In this document: one piece after another, positions 39,301 through 55,400 of the stretch
Layout of the letters: each line of letters starts with the position of its first letter
Position numbering within the stretch: the first letter of the stretch is position 1
Source: Bigelowiella natans CCMP2755
Lineage: Eukaryota > Protista > Cercozoa
DNA: 64,000 bases
Assembly: GCA_000320545.1 (NCBI GenBank)
Contig: ADNK01000343.1
Location: forward strand, 1-64,000
Direction of reading: 5' to 3'
Notes under the pieces: generated by a model
What the model was told of the DNA's origin: nothing
Database searches by the model: none
What the model saw: only the letters and a program-made list of their open reading frames with translations
Position numbers and translations under genes: made by a program

Positions 39301-42300
39301 GAGAAAAGGAAATGATAAAGAAAAAAAAGATAAAGACAGCAAAACACAACGTACCTCATCGCCTTTTCCACATATTGGTAAGTATTGTTACTACTTTTAT
39401 GATAATTCTTTAGTAAACATAATATTTGATTGCATATTCTTATGTTGTACTAATTAAGTTATCACTAACACCGTACCTTTTATTTTCAGGATCCATAGCT
39501 AGCAAGCTCACAAACCTCCTTTTTGGCGGTGGAAGTGACGGTGGTACTTCAAATCTTCCTCAACAGCTTCCTAATTTAAAACGGTCAAAATCTCATGTAC
39601 GTTCTCGTGGGGGTATTGATTTTCCATATTCTTCCTCTTGGAAAAGATTGAATTCTTCTCCCATTGGCGTCATTAATTATCTTGGTGGAGGTGCTCCAGC
39701 AGGACATTATGACAACCCTGCGAAAGGCGACAACAAAAGTATCATTGTTACACATTCTCATCCCGATCCTAACTACCCAGCTTACTTGTGTGTGTCAAAT
39801 CCTACGAACAACGGTGATGCTCCCGCTTGTTTCTCTGCAGCAGCCTCATTAGGAGGAGGAGAGTCAGAAGGAGATAATGGGGTAGAAGAAGACATGATTC
39901 CAACTACACCTGCTGACGAACAATTTATACCTGCTTCCTCAGAAGAAGTATTTGTTACTTTTGATTTTGGGGCGAAGATAATTCAACCCACTCACTACGT
40001 CTTAAGGCATCATGGGGTTGACTCGCACTATCTCAATGGATGGGTACTTGAAGGGAAGACGCGATTGTCAGATCGTTGGATACTTCTTGATGAAGTACAG
40101 TCATTAGACGCCAAACAAACTATGCACAATGGAGTAGGATGTTTAGGTGTCTTTACGATTCGTCCTGGCACAGAGGTTGTACCTGGATTCTCCAAATTTA
40201 GAGTAAGAATCACACAGAAGAATTCATCGAATACATGGCAAGTGTGTCTTTCTGGATTCGAGTTGTTTGGAATGCTGTATCCAACCTTGGCAGATGCTAT
40301 TGGTGCAGATGGTGGTGAGAAGTTTAAATGGACTACAAAGGCAGAAGAGAAGGCGTGGTGGGAAGATTCTGCATACTACACACATGTCAACGAAGCTTCT
40401 GTGGCTTGGTACACACACGACTCGCAGCTCTATGGTCTTGGGGCACCATTACTAAGAAGAAAATACTTCCCATCTGCTCCAGAAATTACAATGTATATTA
40501 ACCAATATTTATGGGTAATGCTTAGGTCGGCTAAACGCTCTCCACTGGTGATAAAATCACTCGGATCGTCTGCAAAATTGCCTAATTTACTTATGAATAT
40601 TGCGTTAAAGAGCAATGCCTGCAAAGGCTCCGAATTCGTAATGACAATGCTGTCTTGCCGCTTGCTATCGCTCATCTTACCCGTAGTCAGTCCGAAAAAT
40701 AACCCTAATCTAAATCCTCCCGCGACTGTTTTCCTCACTCGGCTCCTAGAGGCCATCAAGCATCCTCTCCTAGACGACGACAACAAGGCAGCAGCATCAG
40801 CAGTAAGATCAGTTGATGATCAGGGTGCCATTTCACAATGGGAATTTGATCGCCTTTTCCCATCTGCAGGGAACGGATCTTCATGGGAACGTATTCGCTT
40901 ATTTCAGACTCTTCTGGCTGGTGGTTTGCAGGGTTTTGTATCTCAGGCGGAAACTGTTGCGGATCGATGGAGAGACCTTTCAAATGGTGTGCTCCTCGAC
41001 TGTTTTATGCCTCTTAGATCCAAAGAAATCGTAAGAAAAATACTTAGTGGAACACCGCTCAAAGATATTTCTAGCAGTAAAAGCGACAACACGAAGGACG
41101 TAAAACGGATTGCGTCTTTACTAATGAGTGGTTTGTCGGTACTGGGGGGTGAAGAGGAGCCGATCCGTGAAGGTGCTACTGTGAAAGTTTCTTCCTCCTC
41201 CTCCTCCTCCTCCTCCTCCTCCTCTTCAACACCATTCGAAGAACAAGGGGATGGAGCTCACTCTCAAGAAGGAACCGTGCTTAATATTATTACGCCTTAT
41301 GAATCTAAGATCAAAGAACTCGATACTAAACAACCATCAAACGATAGTAGCAACGGTAGCAATATTAAGGTGGTTGAAGTAATACTCGATGGAGATGAAA
41401 TTGTTAAAATTCATGATTTATCGCGAATTTCGGTCGTATCTCACCATCTGTCGTATCATAAGCTATTGGAGCAGAAGTCTTATGTTGAATATCTTTCCAA
41501 GATTGCAACATGGCCTTCCTCTCCCTCTTCAAATAACGGCGACATCGGACAACTTGCATTGCGTCTACAACGGATGGCAATGAAAGCAATGTCAATGTTA
41601 CTATCTCGCAGGGTCCTATTGGAAGAACTAGTACATAAATATCCCGATTTGGCAGAAACATTAGTTACATCAGCCATTAAACCGTTACCGAAGCTTCCGT
41701 TAGCAACATCAGTAGAAAATAATAAACAACAAACTCCTATTCGATTTGAAAATGTCATTTCCAGAACTCTTGAATTAGACATGTATCGGTCGCCCGGAAA
41801 AGACAGCAAGGATAACAGCAAGGATGATGACGTAAAGTCATCAGAATCTCCTCCTAAGGATACCATATCCTCGTCTAGTGGCAACACCCTTTTTAGCAAG
41901 ACTAGAAAGATCTTTGGAAGCAGCCCGTATGCAGATGGGGGGGCTCCTAACCGCATTAATCATGACTGGACTCATATTTTTGGTGGAAATGAGACTGTGA
42001 AGAAAATCAAGCAAATAGCATCCTATTATCGCCACAGCGGTTTTGTAACAGAAGCTGGTGAATTGTACATGTGTGGGAGTGGAAGTTATGGTAATTGTGG
42101 TCATGGGAATTCTATGGTGGCTAATATAGCCAAGAGAGTCACTCTCGGTGGGCTTCAATCTGAAAAAGTTAAAATGGTTGCGGTAGGGAAAAATCATACC
42201 TTGGTACTTACGGTATCTGGCAGAGTTTTCGGATTTGGTCAAAATAGTTATGGACAACTAGGACAAGGAAGAGTTGTTTCCACCAATACTATTCCACTTG

Positions 42301-45300
42301 AAATTAAATCATTCAGTAGTAAGAAAATTGATTTCATAGCATGTGGAGCATATTCTTCTGTGGTTCAGTGCGAAGAGGGACTTTATGGATTTGGAAGGTC
42401 ATCCAACTATGAATTACCAGGGTGTGGTAGAGGATCCAATATATTAACTCCAGAGAAATCAACATTTGAGGAAGGAAAGTTTGTTCAGGTGAGAATTGGT
42501 GAAAATTGTGGGTGTGGGCTAACAGAAACTGGAGAGTTGTACTCTTGGGGTAATTCTAACAACAGTGGACATTCTCGATCTACTCGACAACCTCTAAAAC
42601 TCACCATCAGCGAGAATGGTAATACTAAGTTTGTTCTTATTGAATGTGCTGATTACGGGTGTTGGGCACTGAATGCGAAGGGGGAAATGTTTTCTTGGGG
42701 AACATGCAATTATGGAGAACTGTGCAGAGGGTCAACCAGTTACAGAGTTTATCAAAGACCTAATAAAATTATGTTTAGAAATACTGCAGTTGTTTGGTTT
42801 GCTGCCAGCTATACACATTGTATTCTTCTTACAACGGATAACAAGTTATTCTATTCTGGATTATTCATGTCATCCCAGCAGCGCAGAGGTTCCCCATATG
42901 AATTCCCAGCTTCATATGGGACTACCGGTTCTATCAACTCTGTATCTTGTGGTTATTACACGACATGGATCACTTCTGGCCCTGCAGCACGAAAGCAGTC
43001 ATTGCCTTTAGAATGGAATCAATATTCGGGATGTACAAAACCTCCATTCCCTTCTGCTGCGTATCTTTGTGGACGTAAGTTTGCTCCACATGAGAAGGAT
43101 CTGGGCCTTTTCAATATATTTCGAAGGAAAACAACGAATCGCTCAACAGATGGGTATTACTACGTGGTTGTACCTCAGGGATTCGACAAAATTCAAAATT
43201 CTGGCAAAGGAGACACACCTCATGCACAGTTCTATGCATTTACTGTTCCAAAACCTAACACTGTTGAGTATCAAATCCAAGAGTCATTCTTCTGTAAGGA
43301 AGAGGACTATCATCGAATTTTCCCCGAAATGCGTGGTCATCTTCGTATAGTTCCGGGTGATACACCGACCGACTCGAAATGGGGGGTTCCAGAATTTGGG
43401 GGTCGCTGCCGCTTTTGGGCCCTTGCAGAGCTAGGAGGAGGACAAGAAGAAATTGGTGGTGGTGGTGGTGGACACTTAATGTCACTAGAGACGAATACAA
43501 TGACTCCTTTTCTCGCAAAGCTTAAAGATGGACCTCATTCTGCAGCCTCTGTTGCTCCTCCTGATGCCAATAAGATGCGTGCTTTCGTGTTTGATATGGA
43601 GCTTAGTGCCTTTGGGGGTATTGCCGTCACTAATGCAATAGGTGGTACACAAACAGCATCATTATCCCAAAAAAGAGAGCGGAGAAAAGGAGACCGTAGT
43701 TATGAATCTCTGAATGAAGGAATGATTCAAATACGCCATAGAGATCAAGGAATACATGCACCAATTTCACTTCAAACCACCTCGATCGCAGCAAACAAAC
43801 ATCTTCTTCGCGGAAATCAAAGGCCGTGGAGAGGACTCCAGAGCGGTTGCACTTTTACAGTGACTTTAAAGCATGCGAAAAAGGCAAATACATTACTTTC
43901 AATGCCGGGTCTTTTCCATGGATCATTTTCACAGACGTCCTTCAAAATGAATGTGTTTGGTATCAAAGAGGTAACAGCGGGGATCACTTCAGAACAACTC
44001 GCAGCAGAACGTTTAGCGTTCGTCGTGGTTTTCCTTTATGATTGTCCCGATGAAGGAAGTTCTGGTGAAAGTAAATTGGATGCGTTAGGAGGACCAAAAA
44101 TAAGACTTTATGTAAATGGAAAGCTTCAGAAAGAGGTCATCCTTCCAAAGCCAATCGGCGCTAAGTTTGCAAAATACTCTTCTGGCAATTTCTTGAATAG
44201 TGGTAATGTAGCTGGAGATGGTTGTAACCGCCTGGAACTACTTGTGAAAGAAAATAAGATTTCTGTACCTTGGACGATGTTTGAGGAAATGGGATATGAC
44301 GACTTCAGTTTCTTGGTAGACATGGATGACAAGGAAAAGAAACAATTTTACGAAGACATGAAATTTACAAAGGATGATATCATGAAATATGAGTCGGCAA
44401 TGAGCTCAGTGAATGGCTCAAATTTCATCTTTGCTCAAAATTTAAACATGAATTCACAAGTCTCTCATTGTGGGTTTTGGCCTTTTGCATTGTCACCAGA
44501 AATGGTTGGATATATTGGTGAAAGGGGGCTGGAATACTGCATTGAAGATACCGAAAAACTAGAGAAAGCAGAGTCAACGCTTACATATTATGATTTTTCA
44601 AGCTGCCGCACAAGCAGCACATCCATCAAGAAAGGAGGCGGAGGAATTCATGATACAAGCAATAGTCTCTCTTCGTCAGAGTCGTCCTCTTCTTTCACAT
44701 TGCCGTTAGGAATTGTTGCACCTGGAAGCTCATGCGAAAGGGCTTCGGATCTGCTGCTTGGGGCTGCTGTTGTCACTTCGGAGAAGAAGGCGAACAAGAA
44801 GAACAAGAAGAAGAAGAAGAAGATGGTGTCGTTACCTGGTACCGCACTTGTGCCTGGATCACATGGTGTTTATGTTGACCGCAAGCTTAATGCCCTTCAT
44901 GATGAGGATGAGAAGGAGAAGAAGGACGTCGTTTATAGACGTTTTGAGGACGATGTGCTTAGCGAATATACACTTGCCGCAGATATTTTCATTGGGAAAC
45001 CCCCTGCTGCAGGAGGGAAAATTGCTCTACTTGCTTCTGCTGCTAAGAATGTACCAACGTTGAAAAAAGGCAAGGAAAATTGCGGATACGATGAAAACCT
45101 CTACGATTTCGGTGACAATGTTGACGATATCCAATGTTTTGATGCCGGATCGGGAATTGGAGTGATCGAAGGTGCTGTGGACTGCAATGGAGGATCATCA
45201 TCATCATCATCATCATCATCATCGAAAGGTGGTGTTTCATCTTTACAGGCATGGGTCAAAATCCCTCCAAGATCTGGGGGGGGTATTATTGCTGGCAATG

Positions 45301-45617
45301 GAACTAAAGGTCTACCTCAAAGACAGCTTCTTTTTAGCACGGGTTACAAACACCAGAGTTCTCGCATTTTCAACGATGGAAAGTCGTGCAAAGGTAGTTC
45401 TGGCTATACAGTGTTTTGTGATACGACACTATCGACAGGCATTCATCAGTGGGAAGTGACTGTAGAAATGCCCAGTGGATCCAGCAGCAAGCCTTCAGCC
45501 TATATTGGTAAGAGAGAGAGTATTTGAGAATAATAAGTATAGATGCTAATATTAATATAATAACATAAAAATTCCGAACAATTGCAGGTTCTTTTTTATG
45601 AGCTGCTAACCGATTGA

Positions 45618-45648
<31 letters not shown>

Positions 45649-48600
45649 ATTAGGTGTTGTACCGGCGGTCATGCTCGATACCCATAGATATATTAGTGGC
45701 TACGGCCACATTGGTGACGCTTCATACCGAGGATATGCACTTCATGCAAATAGAAATTCACAGATACTGTATAAATACATTACAGGCGTTAAACATCCTG
45801 CAGGGGGGCCGTATCCTTTCCCTGCAGAAAAGTATGAGAAGTACGGCTTAATTTTGGATTGTGCTAAAAAGACTCTTTCTTTCCGCAAGGGAGGACTACA
45901 TGGCCCTATCCTTAAATCAGCTACGTGTACTATATCAACATTTCCTGTGGTACCTGCGATAACACTAGGGTATGGCGAAGTTACTGTTCAGGGTACCATA
46001 TTCCAAGAAGATGCTTATGAGTTTAAAGATGCAAAGAAGACGACTAGTAGATACTCGTCGTATCGACGTAGTTCGCTGGATTCGACTTTCAAATCATTTC
46101 GCAGTGCCTTTTTAAAGCTTGAATACGATTTCACAAAAATTAGCAGAGGGACTGTTAGTGTGAAACCAACAGTGGGCAGAAGTGTCTTGTCTTTAAAAGA
46201 CGGTGCTTCTGTAAAGAATGGTGTCTTAAAAACAGGAAATTTGAATCGTGGATATGCTGAAGCAATTATCTCTGAATTCAGGCCCAAAGTGCGTTCCGTT
46301 GAGATACTTGTAAAGAGCACATCAATGACAAGAGCAAGCCGTGTAGGCGTTGTGTCGTTGGACCGCCGCTATAATCCTAATTACTCGATGTTGAACTATG
46401 ATGGAATCGAAATCGGCAGTACAAACACCTTCAGACACGTATCAGAAAATTCCCGCAGGGATCAGCCGCTTGGGCAAACTCCATGTGAAAAAAAGGTGAT
46501 GATGATGGTAGTTTAGGTGATAATAATAATGAAATCTGTGCATCTGCAGTAAACATAATGATAAAAGGATGTGGTAGTATCCGAGGTTAATATTTGTATC
46601 GCTTTACTTTGTGCGAGATCATGAGTGAGATAGAGGTAAAAGAAGGTGCAGTTTCTTCAATGATATACGTTCATGGAACAACGGTGTGAGTAATCGGGCC
46701 GATAAAATTACGTTATCAAGTTATGATCTGCCCCTTCTTATTTGTTGTTTTACAATATTGTTGATGTTTGTTTGTGTTCCATCGGTGGTACAAAGAGCGA
46801 GTGGGTTCATCTTGTGGTCGTTTATCATAGCAATAATACAATTGCATTCTACCGCAACGGTGTGCCGCATGGCCAGGTAACCAACGGTGATTACAAAGGA
46901 GGAAAGTAGTAGCTCCATTAGAGAGGGGGGGGGTGTAGGAGATGACAAGAAAACAGAGTACCTTATAAATGAATGATGTTTTTGAACGTAATGAATGAGA
47001 GATTCTATAGGTTGTGCAATAACATAAGGGTGAGGGAAGCCGCACCATCATCCCTACGACTAGAACTGAATATGACTCATGCTCTTTCTTTCTTCTAAAG
47101 ATAATCAAAAGGGATCGCGTTCGTGAATACCTTCAAGCTGACTCTAAGCTTCTACTCGGTCGATTAAATGGTCGGGAGTCTAATATATTTCCTGGAGAAT
47201 ACAAATTTGTTCGCGTATATTCTAGTGCTGCAAATCACCTTCAAGTTCAGAGTCTTTATGCTAAAGCTAAACCCTTCCTCTCTTCTTCATCTTCTTCAAG
47301 CAGAGCAGAATTTATATCATGGGGCGTGACACATAACGGTGCTCCCTATGTACATTGGAAAAATAAGAAAAGCTCTGGTGACAATTTCCACGTATTCACG
47401 AAATGTGACGCGATTAACAACGGAAGATGGACTCATCTATCGTTTAGCTCTGGTAAAAAATCGGGTATATCTCTTGTGATAAACGGACGTGTTGCGGAGG
47501 TTTATCGTCCTTCACAACCACTTGAGCCTATTCCAATGAAGAAAATATGGATTGGCGGTGATGCAAGGGCTGCAGCAGCTGCCAATATTAGCACTCATCC
47601 TGAATCAGGATCCTCATTCTCTGGTTCAATTCGCAATGTGCGCGTACTATCTGGTGCAATCAAAGACGACGGCATTCCTGGAATTCCGTATGGTGATAGT
47701 CAAGATAATAAACAGATTAATGGTGGGCAGTTGCTAGCGAATTTTCCTTTGAGATCGCTGAAGGAACGTGCGAAAAAAATACTATATTTCGGCAGGAAAA
47801 GCAGCATGCCTCTCGGTAAAGCTAACAATCTATTGTACGTAAGCGAAGATGGCAGGATCGAATTGTCATTGACCGGGAAAAAGGAAGAAAAGATACCTTC
47901 TATGTCAGTAGCCAAAGTACCATTCGGGGAATGGTTCCGGCTCGTTGTTTACAAAAGTGCAGATACGATGAGTATCTATGTAAATGGCAAATCGGCGTTA
48001 ATATCTACTCCCAATATTGATTCCAAATTGCAAGTGAGTTTGGGTGCTACATTCCGTTTCTTTGGGGGGGGGGATGAAGGCAAAAGGGAAATAGTAGACG
48101 GGGACGACAGCAAACGCAACGTAAAAAATGAAAATAAATGTGCAATCCACAGCATTCATATCTGTAAGGGTACAGTAAAGAAGTTAAGTGAAAAAGATTG
48201 GGTTAGTAGTGTTAGTAGTAGTGCTGCTGATTCCACAGCAATGGGTGCTATGAATTACCGAGAACAACTGCTGGCAGAACAAATTGATAGCATCTTCGAA
48301 AATTCGGGTTTCCCGGTATAGAGCAACACAATTGTCATATACATCTCAATACAACATAGACTGCACTGGTGTCTGTCACAATATACTATTTCTTGCAATT
48401 CTACCATTTCTAAAGATCTTAGTATGTACGATGCGACGATGATGATAATGATGATGATGATGATGATGATGATGATATAAATAGGCACACTGGCCTCTGA
48501 AAGCTGCAAGGCGCGTGCAATTTGATTTGGCATCTACCGATAAGTACCTAATGATGAATGGGGATATCTTGGAGAACGAGGACGCTTTAGCTGGGATTAG

Positions 48601-49939
48601 AAATCTTGAATCAGTCTTAATAGCTGTTGGATTCAACCAAGGAATGGTGAAGAAAGTATTATCAGAGGAGAAAAAGGCTATGGAAGAAGAAAAAGATGAG
48701 AAGGATGATGATACCGATAACAACAGGAAGAAGGTTGATGTCGGTTATGCTATTAAAAACATCATCCCAAAACTACTAATGAAAACTGCTGCAATAGCAA
48801 GAGACCAAGAGGTCGGGCAGAAGCAACTCTCTCCCAAACTGTCGGCCTCGATCAAAAATGCGGTCAGTAATATCAACAGGATGGCAGCAACAGTGACAGC
48901 AGCGAGTAGGAACTCGTCATCATCACTCTATAATATTTACACGCGTACACCATGCCCAAAACGGGAGACATTGACGGTGGAATGGCCAAAAGACATTGTC
49001 GAGCACTGGCGCACCTGTGAACTCTCAATCGCCCTTCAGAACGTATTTATAAATTATTAGAGGAGCGAACAATAACTAATAATAATATCAGAACGTATTT
49101 ATGAATAATTAAAGCAGCGAATAATAACTAAAACAGTATCAATGATAAATACACAAGTAGTTTTAACTTAGCAAGCACAAAAGATTAGTCCAACGATACA
49201 CACACTTTGAATGATAGGAAATCGACGAAAATATGCCAAACACAATGAATAGTAATCATCACATACTAATGGTGCCTATGTATGAATCGATCCATAATTG
49301 AAGACCGTGTTTCAATTTCTGCTGCTACACAGACAACATGGGAATTTGTTGGAAATGAGACGAAAGATACGTCGTCGCCTTCAGTAGCGAAAGTGCTGCA
49401 TTTAAGTGCGGATGGCAAATTGGGCGCATTACCAGGAAAGTGGGAGATTCCAAACAAAGATAAAGAAGAAATTCAAACGACATTCTCTAAGGATGGAAAG
49501 ATTAGCAAATTCACTCTTGGGCCTCTACGCAAGACTTTGATCGAAAATACAGAAGATGCCAAAGAAGGAAAAGGGGTATCATCATCATTTCCAAGTGTCT
49601 ATAAGCTGGTATCACGTGGTCCGTATGCTGCTATTCCGTGTTCTAAAGCAAAGAAAGCTTGGGAGAAGTTTATAGTGGCACGGAAAGATATTCTGAAGAC
49701 GCGATCTGGCCATGAAAGATGTCTAGCCGCATTATACTCTAGGCAAATAGCCCTTGAGATTTCACTCTATCGTTGCTCTAATATTAATACCAACGAGGAG
49801 TCAAACGGAAGTAACCACCAAATATCGCGGTTGATGCAACTAGCACGCGGCCTAGAAATGTATCCTGTTGGGGGTGCCCTAAAAAGACTACATGAATGGC
49901 TAAGAACCAAAATCCGGACAGAAATGAAGGAGGCGGTGG

Positions 49940-49976
<37 letters not shown>

Positions 49977-51242
49977 GACATCATCAGGAGGAGCTACTGT
50001 AGCATCTGGTGAGTGAGTAAGAAAATAGTAGCTGTTTTGGCGAGCAACATTACACTTGTATGCGGTGGTGGCGACTGTGGTATTTGTAGGCATTTCATCA
50101 TTGATCGATCAATGAGTTGGGTACATCATCATCAAATTAGCTCTATTAGTAGTAGTGCCGTCATATCAACATATCTAATCTATGTGTCGTTGTCTGGTGC
50201 TGGTTTGGCAGTAGTATCTTCGTCGTTCGATACCACCAACATTAATACTGTAATAGCTGGACGCTACTACTACTACTACCGCTATCACTACTACAATTAA
50301 TGTATTTGTACTACGTAGGTGCATCATCCTTACAATTAATGTATTTGTACTACCTAGGTGCATCATCCTTACAATCGACGAACAACATCCGCAACATCAG
50401 CATCAAGAGCAAAGAATTTCCGTTGCTATCTGCTATGGTGAAAGAAACTATTCAACAATTGTTGATGATAGTGGAAGCTGGATCAAGAGCTGCTGGTGGT
50501 GGTAGTGGTGGTGGTTCACAAGGAAGAGGAGGAGAGGAAAACTTTGATGTTGATCTTTCAGCATTGTCTAGAGAACAGGAGGAGGCAATGTTGAAAGGCG
50601 TGAAACCGAGCAAAGGATTCCTATTTTGGCTCTTACAGACTCTCAGCGCACTGTTTGTCGAGGCAAAGACTTACAATGAAAATTTTGTACTAAGATGGAG
50701 ACGAAAGGCGTTTCCTCCCCTTATGATCAATCTGTTATTTGAATCTGTGTTGCACATTGATGGTGCGGCTGCACTCAACATGCTAAAATTGTTGAACACA
50801 TTCGTTAACGATCACTCTTCACCATCGTCACAGGTAGATATTAGTAGTTCAGTTGATAAACTCGAGAATGATGATGATAAATGATATCGAAGATAATCAA
50901 GAAAAATAGATTTAGGAGATCGTGATGATATATATATTACAGAAAATGGCGAATTTAGCGCTGAATTAGAAGATGTAGTTAACGAAAATAGGGCGAAATA
51001 TGTCCCTAACAAATATACACCACCCCACCTTTTTCAACGTATGGTGAATAATGGAAACGGTGAGGTGGTTTAGAGAGAGAGAGATGTCGAAGATGATTTT
51101 GTCGCGTAAAATGGGAATAATCACATGGTCAAGCAGGAGTCGTGATGGTGGTGGTGGTGGTGATAAATGAGCTGAATGTACGAGTTGTGCGACTTATTAA
51201 ATTCTATGTAATAGAAACAAAAACAAGACAACGACTGTGTGT

Positions 51243-51279
<37 letters not shown>

Positions 51280-52449
51280 AGGGGGGAATGGTTGCGCACC
51301 CACCATTTGATTTTGGAAGGGCTGCTATATTGAAAGAGCTCATGGTACAAATGCGCGAGAAGGAGGATTCAAGCAACTACTCACTATTCTTTCGCTCGCT
51401 GCTTACACTCAATATGACAATCGAGCGTGCAGCAAGAAAGTATGCGGAAGAGGAGAAAAGACGCCGATTGCTGATGGCGGATGAGGATAGCAAAGAAGAG
51501 GGAGAGGAGGAGGAGGAGGAGGAGGAGGAGGAGGAGGAAGAAAAAGAAGACACCAGGCCTTTGTGGCAATGGGTAGTAAGAGTCGTGTAGAGAGTTACTA
51601 CTACTACTATTAGAAGAAGAATACTGATAGGTTGGTTTAGGAGGTGGGGTAGTGGTGGTAGCAAGCAATCAAACAAAGGAGTAGTGCGGTAGTAGCCAGC
51701 AACCAAACAAAACAGTATAACAGTCCATCATGATCATTAATTACAATTGTTATCATCATCAATACTCCATTAATCACCCAATCAAATCAAATCAATCAAT
51801 CAGGTTCTCCCACCTGGTGGGCGCATGTCAGCTAAGCAGATAAGACCTGGAACATGGCTGGTGAAAAAACTTCAATCTGGAAGGTGTTACATTTCAACAA
51901 AATTTGCAATGCGCACAGGAAGGTATGAGTGGGAAGTTAAGTTTACAAAGAGAGGCACTAATGGTAGTTGCAACAACTACTATGGTGTGGCACCGGTAGG
52001 AGGTAACCAAAGTAATTTCCTTGGTCAAACTGGATGGGCATTATGTTCGGGTGGATCCAAATTTAGAAAAGGCAGCTCATCGAGTTATTGCCCTAGTTTT
52101 TCAAGCCCTCCGGTTACAATTCGCGTGACGGTAGACTGCGGAAAACGTCAAATTTCCTTCAAAGGAAAGGGACCATCAGGGAATTTTGGGGGGGTAGCCT
52201 ATTCAGATCTTGAACTACCTGTTTTTGCGGCAATTTCCCTCGAATATCCGGGTTCAGAGTGTGAAGTAACGCCGATTTCTTTCCGAGGAGGAGGAGGAGG
52301 AGGAGGAGAAGGAGGAGAAATGGATCAAACATGGTTTAACGATTTGTTAGTTGCCGATGGGGTTGTGTCGTCACTCAATAGCAAGATGAGGATGAGAAGG
52401 AAATATGTTACAGGATTAACATTGTTTCCGGTAATCGATATGATTTCTT

Positions 52450-52493
<44 letters not shown>

Positions 52494-55400
52494 GCTTGCT
52501 GGCACAATGTTGTGTAATATGAACACGCTCATATTTATATCGGATCTTTATTTTGATTCACAGGTTGAGTTTTCTAGGAAAGTGATGATGCCTTTCTTAT
52601 CATCTCAAGTTACTCGTGCAAAGAACAAGCGCCAAGTCGATGTTTTCCTAGGTAAAATGGCTTTACAGAGTTCCACAGCGAATGCTCCCAGAGATGCACC
52701 GCCTATATTTCTGGATGAAACAAAAGGCCAGCAACGGAAAAAGCATCAGCAGCAGCAGCAGATATGTGAGTATTTTGGTGCTGATAATGCAATAAATGGT
52801 GCTTTTAAGGGAGCAGCATCGCCAATGGATTTGGTTCGTTTTTCTACCGCTAAGACTGAGATGGAGGTAAATCCGTGGTGGCAAGTCGATCTAGGAGCTG
52901 CTTCCTATACAGTTTCATCTATCGAAATATTGTTTGGCCAGACAAAAAAAGGTGGTAAGGTTTATGTTGCACCGATCACTGCTTCTGAGGCTGCTGCTGC
53001 TGCTGGTGGTGGAGGTGGTGGTGGTGGGGGTTCAACAACAACTGCTGAAACAATGATTCATGACGAAGATATCAAAGGAAGAAGAATCCTAGTATGCACT
53101 CAGTGCAAAAAGGGGATGAAGGTCAACGTGAAGATTCCCTCCGGAATAACCACAAGAAAATGGCGATTTTGGCGTATATTTGGGGAAGGAAACATGCAAC
53201 TAAGCTTGCAACATGTCGTGGGCATCGTATCTTGCAAGGATGGCGTAGAGGGAGAGAAGAAGAAGAAGAAAAAGAAAGGTATTTGTTGTTGTATGCGGGT
53301 GCATCCCACCTACATTGGAGGGAAAATAATAGACTATTTAAAAAAAAAGATCAAGAAGAAGAAAAGGAAAGTACTCGTACAGCACCAAGTCTCTCCCTTT
53401 TCTACGATCGATTCTTAGTCTTAGTTGTCGATCTACTTCTATTACTACCACAAATACTACTACTACTACTACTTAGATTATTTCTAACAATAATGTACTA
53501 CTACTACTACGTCCAATTAAACCAAATCACTTTCGAAATATATTATCATTATGGCATTATTATTAATATTATTATTAAGACTTCGACGTTGATTCCCATG
53601 ATGAATAATACACTATTAAATAGGACTCCCCAAGTTGACCTTCCCAACTTCATTGTTCGAGAAAATAATGTTATCATTTGACCAAGAGGCTTTATCTGGA
53701 GTGGTAACGATGCTCAATCGGTATGCAGATTTGAAGGGGTCTATATCCGATATAAATTCAGTCGTGACGATGAAAGCTGAAATCTTGGACAAAGACTTTC
53801 TAAAAATGCACCAAGGCGTTTCTCGTTTGTCACCACAGGACGGGGAGATTCTTGTCGTTGTTGCTATGCTAGTTCATTTCAATTATGTTATCTCAGAGAT
53901 GCTGCCCATGGTCGATCTTTCCGTTCCACCTGGCCACTCATCACTAAGCGACAACATAAGAGCGATAAGAAGATACATCTTTTGGAGACAAAAATCGTCA
54001 TCGTGGGAGGCAGCCCTGGCATCATCTGTATCATTATCGAAGCTGAACCCGACTATAGTATTCTCGATGTTGGCTGCAAGGCAACTTTATATCAATAGAA
54101 AGACCGATTTTACAGGAAGAAGAAGCTTGTTTGGACAATTCTATCAAGCAACCAAGAACCTTGACGTCAAAAGATTGTAATAATAAGCGATAGAATGATC
54201 AAAAACAATGACAAATAATAAAGAGAAGCATAATCCTAATATTTGGTAAAATTATTTAAGTATATTCATATTCTTTCTCGCTCTCGCTCTCTCCCTCTCG
54301 CTCGCTCGCTCTCTCCCTTCGCTTCTCTCTTTTTCTAAGAGCAAGAGTGTCTAATGAAATCATATCATCACCGTTGTGATCATTATGTTTTGATTTATTC
54401 AGATACGCAGTGCGCAAAAACGACAGATGTTTCCAGGTTGCTGACATTCACATGAAAGTTGCTGATGCGGGTGGCCCCTACCGAGACTACGTCAACAAAA
54501 TGATGGAAGAAGTGCAAGATCCTGTCTTGCCGCTATTTATGAAATGTCCTAATGGACGTAATAGTATTGGCGAAAATCGCAATTGCGTGGTCCCACGTTC
54601 ATCATCTACCTCCACAGTGTGTATCTCGCTTTATGAGACTCTTGGTAAATTCATTGGCATGATAATTCGATCGAAAAACCTGGTAATACTACTAATTGAC
54701 AAATAATAATCTTGAGAGAATAGCAGCAATGGTCATCTTTTATATTTTCGACAATTGTAAAGTTGGGTACCATAGTAGTAGATCAACGAATAAGATGCAA
54801 CCGTGGTAATTAGTAGATGATAGCATAGAAGAAGGGAGAATTATCCAATATTCAGTCAGAATGAGAGGAATGTTGTAAACACAAATTCAATAGGTTGCTC
54901 TCAATTTTCCTGGACTCGTATGGAAATATCTCATTCGTGATAAGATCACAAAGTTTGACATAGAAGCAATCGATAAATTATGCTGGCGACAGATCAAAGA
55001 AATTAATCGTATGGAGGAAAAGGTGAATATGATAATAGATGGATTTTGGAATTGTGTTCACGTCACAATATTCAACTACCATTATTGATTATATTCACCA
55101 TCATATCATTTATATCGGTTTCTCTCGATATTTACAGGGATCCAACTTCAAGCCCGCTTTCTTCGATTCACAAATGAAAGATGTGAAATTTGTGGCCCCA
55201 AATGCTGAGGGCCGTATGGTACCTTTGGTCAAAGACGGCAAGAATCGCGCGCTAACTTGGGCAAACCGTCACGAGTACATGCAAGCTCTATTCCGTATGA
55301 GAATGCATGAGTTTGATGTACAGCTTGAGTCGATTGCGAAAGGCATGAACCAGGTAGTACTTCTTCTGCTACTACTACAAATTGTGTATACTTTGTAAAA

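Noticed and set aside
39664-47915. Nested and antisense ORFs within the large HECT-gene exons
   Set aside because: They are shadow frames of a long coding sequence with no independent motifs.
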